A stretch of DNA of 64,000 nt from the NCBI GenBank assembly GCA_964514975.1, contig CAZESS010000003.1, forward strand, positions 61,334 to 125,333. Reading direction: 5' to 3'. The notes beneath the pieces were generated by a model, which ran no database searches, was not told the origin of the DNA, and worked only from the letters and a program-made list of their open reading frames with translations. This document shows positions 58,113 to 64,000 of this stretch, piece by piece. Position 1 is the stretch's first letter; each line of letters begins with the position of its first letter. A program made the translations under genes and the position numbers. Origin of the DNA: an uncultured Thermoplasmatales archaeon (GTDB lineage Archaea; Thermoplasmatota; E2; UBA202; DSCA01).

Positions 58113-60503
58113 CTAGCCCTGCCCTGTCCACACGCCCGGCGCGGTGACGTAGACGAACACGCCCATGCCCCTGCTGACGGCAAACCCGGGTGGCGGCGTC
58201 ACACCGACCGTGTAGGACTCAAACGTGCTGCTGGTGGCGTTCCAGTAGGCGGCGATGCTGCAATAGGGCACCGACGGGGCGAGCGAGCTCGCATTGGTTG
58301 CATCGGCATCATACCATCCAATGGTGTTCCATCCCGTAAACAGGTCAACCGCAACGCTTGACAGTGGCGCGCCGGTCACCGAAAACGTATCGGACGTGTT
58401 CACATATACGAAGTAGCCGACGCCGTCCTCGATAGCGAAGCCCGAGCCCGGTGTTATGCCAACCACATAGGACTGGAACATCCCAGCGGAGGCGTTCCAG
58501 TAGGCCACAATGTCGCAGCCCGGTATGTCGGCGCCGAGCGAGCTCGCGTTGTAATCATTGGCGACGGGCACCGTCATCAGGTTCCAGCCCGCCGCGAGGC
58601 TGATGGTGCATCCTCCTCCGGTGATGGTGACGGCAATCGTTTGCATGTCGTTCCAGGGTCGCTGGTCGCCCGTCAGAGCCGTTGAGACGGAAACATAATA
58701 CCTGGAGGTGTTGGCAAAGAGATATGTCCAGTGAACCGGCATGGTGGCGTTGCTTGCCAGCGAGGAAACGGTCGCCTGGTTGGCATACACGCACTGGGTG
58801 ACCTCGTCGTCGCGGGCGAGAAGAGATACATCATCGATGTACCAGCCCGGGTCACCGTGGACGCCCGAATCGGTGGCGAAATGAAACCGGAGCTGCACCA
58901 TCTGGCCTATGAATGGGGAGAGATCAAAGGTTTTTTTCTCCCAGCCGTTGGACGTGCCGGTAAACGCGAACTGTCCTTCTATGCTGTTGCCATAGCCGGT
59001 GTTCAACGTCCGGTCATACTGTCCCGCATCATTGCCCGGGTCGAGCTGCGTCCATCCGCTGCCGTTGTTGACCTCGACGACCCCGCCGTCATACCCGTTT
59101 TCGATGTCATACCAGGTGTAAAACGAGATCGTGGCAGCGTCACATGCGGGAATCAACATGGAGGTAAGCGAGAGATATTCATCTGTATTGTCCTGGCCAT
59201 AGGAGCCATCAAGGTTTGTCCCCCGGCAGCGGCTGCCCGAATGCGCCGCGGGCGGGCCAACGCTCGGGATGCCCCATTCCCAGAGAAGATGGTCGCCCGT
59301 TGCGGTCCAGTTGCCGTCATCTGATTCCATGTCATCGCTGTAGACGGGGGATGTAACCGCGGGGGAGAGCACCTCGTCTACGCTGCATGTAACGGTGACG
59401 TTGCTCTGGTTGACGGTGCCATGGTTTGCCAGGGTGGCATTGATGGAAATCACTCCGGCAGGCAAGGACTGGTTGTCCTGCGGATGGTCTATGGAGACCA
59501 CGCCGACGTCATGCTCCCGCTGTACGTCGAGGGCGGCGAGCTCGACAAGGGTGCCCGTCATGAAACGGGTGACGACGGCGTCATAGGACAGGTTCATGTT
59601 CGCCATGGTGTCCTGCGGGGAGTGATAGTAATTATTGAACTCGTATTCGTGATAGAAAATGGCGTCATATCCATTCGACCAGAAGGAATAATGGTCGCTG
59701 TTGGCGCTTCCGGAAAGACGGTGCACGGTCAGGCCGACCTCGGGATATGTGCTGCTGACGTTGACGGCGAGGTCGGTCATCCATTGCGATGCGGTGTTCT
59801 CGTATATCTTGACGTTCGTGCCTCCCTGCGGCGTCTCGGTGTACCCGATCATGTCGGCGTTGAGCGCACCGGCGATGTTGTCTCCCTGCGCCGCGGCATA
59901 GCTGGCGTATCTGCTACTGCCCAGGAGGCCCTGCTCCTCCCCGGAGAAAGCAACGAATCTGACCGTGTGCTCGAACTGGTAGGTGCTCATTGTTTCCGCT
60001 GCGGCGAGAACCGCAGCCGTGCCGGAGCCGTCGTCATCCGCCCCCGGGGAGCCGCTGACGCTGTCGTAGTGAGCGCAGATGACATATACCCGGTCGCTCG
60101 AGGTGTTGGTGCCCTGGAGCTCGGCGACAATGTTCCGGTCGCTGTATCCGCCGCTGGCCCAGTTGTGGTAGGAGACGGATAGGTTCATGGCCTGGAACTG
60201 GGTGTAGATGTAGGTGCCGGCATTGTGGCAGGCAGTGGAGCCGGTAACCCTCGGCCCGAAGCCCTCAAGGGTCTGTATGTACCCGGTGACCATGCTCTCG
60301 TTGATTGTCTGCAACATGGCGGCAACAACGGGGTCGTACTGCACCCGGCCGTCCCGCGCCCCGGCCGGAGCCGCATCGAGATATATTTTCTCTCCCGCGT
60401 CGTATGCGCCCGGGCCGGCGACGACCGTGACGGTAAATATCAGGGAAAAAATGAGGCAGGCGATGACGCCCTGCTGAAAAATTCTTTTCATGTCCATCGT
60501 CAT
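58113..60503 (-). CDS. Secreted M28-family peptidase with ~450-aa C-terminal beta-rich extension
   Basis: Signal peptide. HYDSV...DDDGSG...SGEEQGLLG M28 motifs (paralog of the 7935 gene). Long Cys-containing C-terminal domains with many N-x-S/T sequons. Confidence 0.8.
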   Translation of the reverse strand: MTMDMKRIFQQGVIACLIFSLIFTVTVVAGPGAYDAGEKIYLDAAPAGARDGRVQYDPVVAAMLQTINESMVTGYIQTLEGFGPRVTGSTACHNAGTYIYTQFQAMNLSVSYHNWASGGYSDRNIVAELQGTNTSSDRVYVICAHYDSVSGSPGADDDGSGTAAVLAAAETMSTYQFEHTVRFVAFSGEEQGLLGSSRYASYAAAQGDNIAGALNADMIGYTETPQGGTNVKIYENTASQWMTDLAVNVSSTYPEVGLTVHRLSGSANSDHYSFWSNGYDAIFYHEYEFNNYYHSPQDTMANMNLSYDAVVTRFMTGTLVELAALDVQREHDVGVVSIDHPQDNQSLPAGVISINATLANHGTVNQSNVTVTCSVDEVLSPAVTSPVYSDDMESDDGNWTATGDHLLWEWGIPSVGPPAAHSGSRCRGTNLDGSYGQDNTDEYLSLTSMLIPACDAATISFYTWYDIENGYDGGVVEVNNGSGWTQLDPGNDAGQYDRTLNTGYGNSIEGQFAFTGTSNGWEKKTFDLSPFIGQMVQLRFHFATDSGVHGDPGWYIDDVSLLARDDEVTQCVYANQATVSSLASNATMPVHWTYLFANTSRYYVSVSTALTGDQRPWNDMQTIAVTITGGGCTISLAAGWNLMTVPVANDYNASSLGADIPGCDIVAYWNASAGMFQSYVVGITPGSGFAIEDGVGYFVYVNTSDTFSVTGAPLSSVAVDLFTGWNTIGWYDADATNASSLAPSVPYCSIAAYWNATSSTFESYTVGVTPPPGFAVSRGMGVFVYVTAPGVWTGQG

Positions 60504-60636
60504 GTTTACCGGCTGGATTTATATGTATTTACCGGTCGAAGGCACCCGCTGGCCGGCCACCATACCGGCAGTGGCGTAATGCTCAGAATTTTTATAAAAA
60601 TTTACATATGAGCTGGCTTTTTGATACTGCTTTACC

Positions 60637-60834
60637 ATGATGAACGCGCGGGTGTTCGCCAGGAGCCTCAAGGTGCTGGCGCAGGTCTGCTCCAGGGATC
60701 CGGAGCAGGTAGACACCCGTCTCCTCAGAAAGCTGCAGGAGTTCGGCTACATCGACGAGGAGGGGCATCTCACCGCTTTTGGGAGAAAGCTGCTTGCCTA
60801 TATCATGGCGCATCGCGACCAGTTTTACCCGTAG
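60637..60834 (+). CDS. Small (65 aa) putative winged-helix protein
   Basis: High GC3. TTTATAAAAA TATA 30-45 nt upstream. LRKLQEFGYIDEEGHLT resembles a wHTH wing. 3' end overlaps the UDG gene. Confidence 0.45.
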   Translation: MMNARVFARSLKVLAQVCSRDPEQVDTRLLRKLQEFGYIDEEGHLTAFGRKLLAYIMAHRDQFYP

Positions 60835-61396
60835 CGCCGGCGAGCGACGCGACCTTTTTCATGTCCTCATGGATGACATCGCGGAGCCCGGGGTTGTAGA
60901 GCGCTGCCGCGGGATGATAGAGCGGCACGATGTGGAGCATCGCCAGGGGCGAGCGGTAGACGGTTCCATGGATGCCGGAGAGCGGCCCTGCGTCGAATCC
61001 ATATGAGGACAGGATGTAGCCGGCGGCGAAGGTCCCCAGCGTGCATATCACCCGTGGCGCTATCAGCTCTATCTGCCTGTCGAGATATGGGGTACAGGTG
61101 TCGATTTCGTGCCGTGTTGGATCGCGGTTGTCCGGCGGGCGGCATTTGACGACGTTGGTGATGTAGACGCTGTTTCGTTCGAGGCTGGCTGCCGTGAGCG
61201 CCTCGTCGAGCACGGTGCCGGCGCGTCCGACAAATGGACGTCCTGTCTGGTCTTCGCGGCCGCCGGGGGCCTCCCCGATGAACATGATTGCTGCGTCATG
61301 GTCGCCTTCGCCGGGCACCGCGTTTCTCCGTGTTTTGTGGAGATGGCAGCGCCGGCAGGTTTGTATCGTGTGCTCGAGGTCGTTAAGATGTGGCAT
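60803..61396 (-). CDS. udg: Uracil-DNA glycosylase, family 4 (Fe-S type)
   Basis: CRRCHL, FIGEAPGGRED and HP motifs. Start at internal ATG (MPHLNDLE); upstream GTG at 61429 also possible. Confidence 0.85.
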   Translation of the reverse strand: MPHLNDLEHTIQTCRRCHLHKTRRNAVPGEGDHDAAIMFIGEAPGGREDQTGRPFVGRAGTVLDEALTAASLERNSVYITNVVKCRPPDNRDPTRHEIDTCTPYLDRQIELIAPRVICTLGTFAAGYILSSYGFDAGPLSGIHGTVYRSPLAMLHIVPLYHPAAALYNPGLRDVIHEDMKKVASLAGATGKTGRDAP

Positions 61397-61703
61397 GGTG
61401 CTCACGGTAGGGAAACCGCATGACGGCACCGCAGTGCTGGCAGGTGATCGTGAGGCGTCGGTCGCCGGTGCGGACGCGGCAGGTTTTGCCGGGCATCAGA
61501 TACCGGTAGCAGCTGTGGCAGAAGCGGCGCCGCTGGCTGCTTGACAGGCGGACGAGGTATTTCATGGACAGCTTCCGGGCGAGCGCTATGTATCGATTGG
61601 CGAGTTCCATGTCGCTCTGGAGAGCCCGGCGCTCGGCGAGCGTGAAAAGCCGTTCGATGCGTTCTCTGGCTATCTGTTTTCGGCGGTGTTTTCGATGGCT
61701 CAT
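61383..61703 (-). CDS. rnp4: RNase P protein component 4 (Rnp4/Rpr2)
   Basis: IARERIERLFTLAE helices and zinc ribbon CHSCYRYL...CQHCGAVMRFPY. Start inferred at M27 of the ORF. Confidence 0.75.
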   Translation of the reverse strand: MSHRKHRRKQIARERIERLFTLAERRALQSDMELANRYIALARKLSMKYLVRLSSSQRRRFCHSCYRYLMPGKTCRVRTGDRRLTITCQHCGAVMRFPYREHHATS

Positions 61704-61835
61704 AGCGCGATGGCCCTGTGTCAGCTTTCTATCTTTATCTTTTTGGTGTACTCCCATCTGTCGGTGGATAGGCGTACCCACGTTTCGTTTGCTTGCATTT
61801 GTTCCTCCCCATTCGGTTCATCCAGATGCCGGTAC

Positions 61836-63158
61836 TTATGTGTTTCGCTTTTTGACGTGCAGGGTCATCCGTTCCGTGTCGGTGACGACGATGGTCTCGC
61901 CCTCCTGGATTGGCGTGTCACTCCTGGCTTTCCAGAGCTTGCCGCGGACCTTGACCTGTCCCTCGGGGTCGATGTCGGTGACCGCTATGCCGGTGCGGCC
62001 GATGAACTCCTCGTTGCCCATGCGCGGCTGCGAGCGCTTTGTTTTGAGCGAGGCGTAGAGGGCGTATGCGAAAAACCCGCCGATGACTATCGCTGCGGCG
62101 ATGCTGGCGATGCGGAACGAGGCGAACCAGTCTGCTGGCATCTCGTATAATGCATCGCTCGCGGGTATTAAAACGATGCCGAAGATGAGGGTGATGACGG
62201 CGGCCGTGGTCCACAGGCCAAACGTGGGCGTGTAGGCTTCGACGGCCATGAACACGAAGGCCAGAGCGAGCAGCAGCACACCGGCAGCGTTGACCCCGAT
62301 GAAGGAAAGGCCGTACAGCGCGAGGATGAGCAGGATGGCGCCGGCGACCTCGGGTACGTGGAAGCCCGGGGTGAGGAAGCCCATGACGAGGCCGAGGATG
62401 CCGATGGTGAGCAGCAGGGAAGCGATCTGCGGGTCGGTGAGATAGTCGACCAGGGTGTCCCGGAACGACCATTCGATGTGCACGACATCGGCGCCGGCGA
62501 GGTGCAGGGTGACATTGGCTTTGCCCTGCAGCGTTCCCCGTAATGTCATGCCGTCCGCCATGGCGACCAGCTCGGTGAGGTTTTCGGCCACCAGCTCTAT
62601 GGTGTTGTTGGCCGATGCCTCACCGGGGGTGTAGGCGAGGTTTTCGGTGACGAAACGGCGGGCGGCTGTCGTGTTACGGCTGCGGCTGCCGGCGATGCTC
62701 TCGATTTTTTTCGAAAATGCGTTGATTTCTTTCTGCGACGCCGGCTCCGCGGTGCCGGTCGCCGGGTCGATGACCCGGGGCTGGCATGCGCCGATGGACG
62801 TGGCGGGCGCCATCGCCGCCAGGTGGGACGAGAGCAGGATGAACGTGCCGGCGGAGAATGCCTGGGCGCCAGCCGGCCCGACATAGACGATGACGGGCAC
62901 CGGGCTGCCGTCGATGGCGCGGATTATGTCGTTCATCGCCGTGGAAAGGCCGCCGGGGGTGTCCAGCCTGACGACCAGTGCCGCTGCATCATTGTCCTCC
63001 GCGATGTCGATGGCCTTCCGGAAGCGACCGGCGGCTCCCTCCGCAATCATGCCGTCGATGGTCGCCACATATATCGCCGGGTCGTCGGTGGCGAGCGCCG
63101 GGGCTGGCAGCATCCCGGCCAACAGCAGGAGGAGCAGGAGGCAGACAAGGCGTTTCAC
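61836..63158 (-). CDS. NfeD-family membrane-bound ClpP-class serine protease with C-terminal OB domain
   Basis: Signal, ClpP-like domain (VVRLDTPGGL), four TM segments, C-terminal OB fold (GKLWKARSD...IVVTD). Confidence 0.85.
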   Translation of the reverse strand: MKRLVCLLLLLLLAGMLPAPALATDDPAIYVATIDGMIAEGAAGRFRKAIDIAEDNDAAALVVRLDTPGGLSTAMNDIIRAIDGSPVPVIVYVGPAGAQAFSAGTFILLSSHLAAMAPATSIGACQPRVIDPATGTAEPASQKEINAFSKKIESIAGSRSRNTTAARRFVTENLAYTPGEASANNTIELVAENLTELVAMADGMTLRGTLQGKANVTLHLAGADVVHIEWSFRDTLVDYLTDPQIASLLLTIGILGLVMGFLTPGFHVPEVAGAILLILALYGLSFIGVNAAGVLLLALAFVFMAVEAYTPTFGLWTTAAVITLIFGIVLIPASDALYEMPADWFASFRIASIAAAIVIGGFFAYALYASLKTKRSQPRMGNEEFIGRTGIAVTDIDPEGQVKVRGKLWKARSDTPIQEGETIVVTDTERMTLHVKKRNT

Positions 63159-63219
63159 ATGCTCATATCGGAGGGCGGTATAAGTATATAGGCGTCGCCA
63201 GAGAAAAGATTGGTGTTCA

Positions 63220-64000
63220 TCAGTTATCGGGCTGCCCCACGTCTGTATCCGCCGGATGTGCCGTGACGGTCAGCCGCTCGAGCTCCGGGACCTCCTCTGT
63301 TGCATGGTCGAGGATGCGCTGCCGGATGCTGTAGACCTCGGCGATGGACATATCCCGGGGCACCACGATTTCGAGTTCTCCCTGCAGCACGGGGCCGGAG
63401 CGGCGCAGGCGGATGAACGACGCCTCGACGATGCCGTCGATACCTCTGGTGATGCGCTTGATGACCTGGCTTTGCAGCAGGCACCGGCTGTCGCAGGCGT
63501 CGACCAGCATGGCGCTCGACTCCTTGATGGATATATATCCGATGCTGACGATGGCGATAGCGATAGCGAAGCCGACGATGGCGTCGGCGATGACGAACCC
63601 CGCCGAGGAAAACAGCAATGCAACCACGGTGAGCGCCGACGCGGTGCCATCCTTGATGGTGTTGTACGCCTCGAGTTTTACGGACCCTAGATGGGTGTCA
63701 CGGCCCACCCGTTTTTTGTACAGGCCGAGCACGAGCGCGACGATGGCGGCGGCGAGGGCCAGCGCGATGCCGACCGCGGGCAGCGTGACGGGGTGCGGGT
63801 CGATGAGCTGCTGGTAGGAACGATAAAAGATGTAGCCGGCCAGGATGAACATGACGATGGCGGCGGCGATGGACGCCAGGTTTTCGAGCTTGTAGTAGCC
63901 GAAGTGGAAGCGGTCGTCCGCCGGCCGCTGGAAGTAGAGGAGGCCGGCCCATACCGTGGCGGAGACGAACCCGTCACCGATGCAGTCGATGCCGTTTGCG
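63220..64000 (-). CDS. Cation diffusion facilitator (CDF) family transporter, partial (N-terminus beyond window end)
   Basis: Frame stays open upstream of the ORF-track Met to the window edge, reading ...ADDRFHFGYYKLENLASIAAAIVMFILAGY (CDF HxFGxxRxExL motif). C-terminal cytoplasmic domain follows. Confidence 0.8.
   Translation of the reverse strand, partial: ANGIDCIGDGFVSATVWAGLLYFQRPADDRFHFGYYKLENLASIAAAIVMFILAGYIFYRSYQQLIDPHPVTLPAVGIALALAAAIVALVLGLYKKRVGRDTHLGSVKLEAYNTIKDGTASALTVVALLFSSAGFVIADAIVGFAIAIAIVSIGYISIKESSAMLVDACDSRCLLQSQVIKRITRGIDGIVEASFIRLRRSGPVLQGELEIVVPRDMSIAEVYSIRQRILDHATEEVPELERLTVTAHPADTDVGQPDN

Overview
This 64-kb window looks like a high-GC (~60%) archaeal chromosome segment with about 65 protein genes, one tRNA and no CRISPR array, rRNA or IS element. 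Promoters are archaeal-type: a TATA box sits about 25 nt upstream of many start codons (leaderless), with occasional GGAGG or GGTGA Shine-Dalgarno-like sites. The split LplA/LplB lipoate ligase, acetyl-CoA synthetase, radical SAM genes and the GC content are compatible with a Methanomassiliicoccus-like or other Thermoplasmata lineage; this placement is a guess. Housekeeping genes are clear: acetyl-CoA synthetase, CysRS, ArgRS, AsnRS, the S12-S7-EF-2 block, aIF2-beta, PRPP synthetase, split lipoate ligase LplA/LplB, 6-phospho-3-hexuloisomerase, a partial transaldolase, endonuclease IV, a family-4 uracil-DNA glycosylase and RNase P Rnp4. Accessory content: (i) a divergent nikR next to a TroA-type metal importer operon that carries two FwdE-like domain proteins (one fused to TrmO), with a perfect 10-bp inverted repeat over the nikR start; (ii) a radical SAM/SPASM gene followed by an AT-rich double-TATA promoter, a small Cys-rich ORF or Cys-rich ArsR leader, and an ABC-2 exporter; (iii) a second radical SAM/Cys-rich gene cotranscribed with a methyltransferase, a DUF2064-like nucleotidyltransferase and a GT2 glycosyltransferase, beside a sequon-dense internally duplicated lipoprotein; (iv) four paralogous ABC-2 exporter pairs; (v) a four-PAS sensor lacking an ATPase domain that overlaps a CheY-like receiver; (vi) large secreted peptidases (a clan-CD-like protein with PPC domains and two M28 proteins). 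Many long ORFs in the six-frame track are antisense shadows of GC-rich genes and were rejected.
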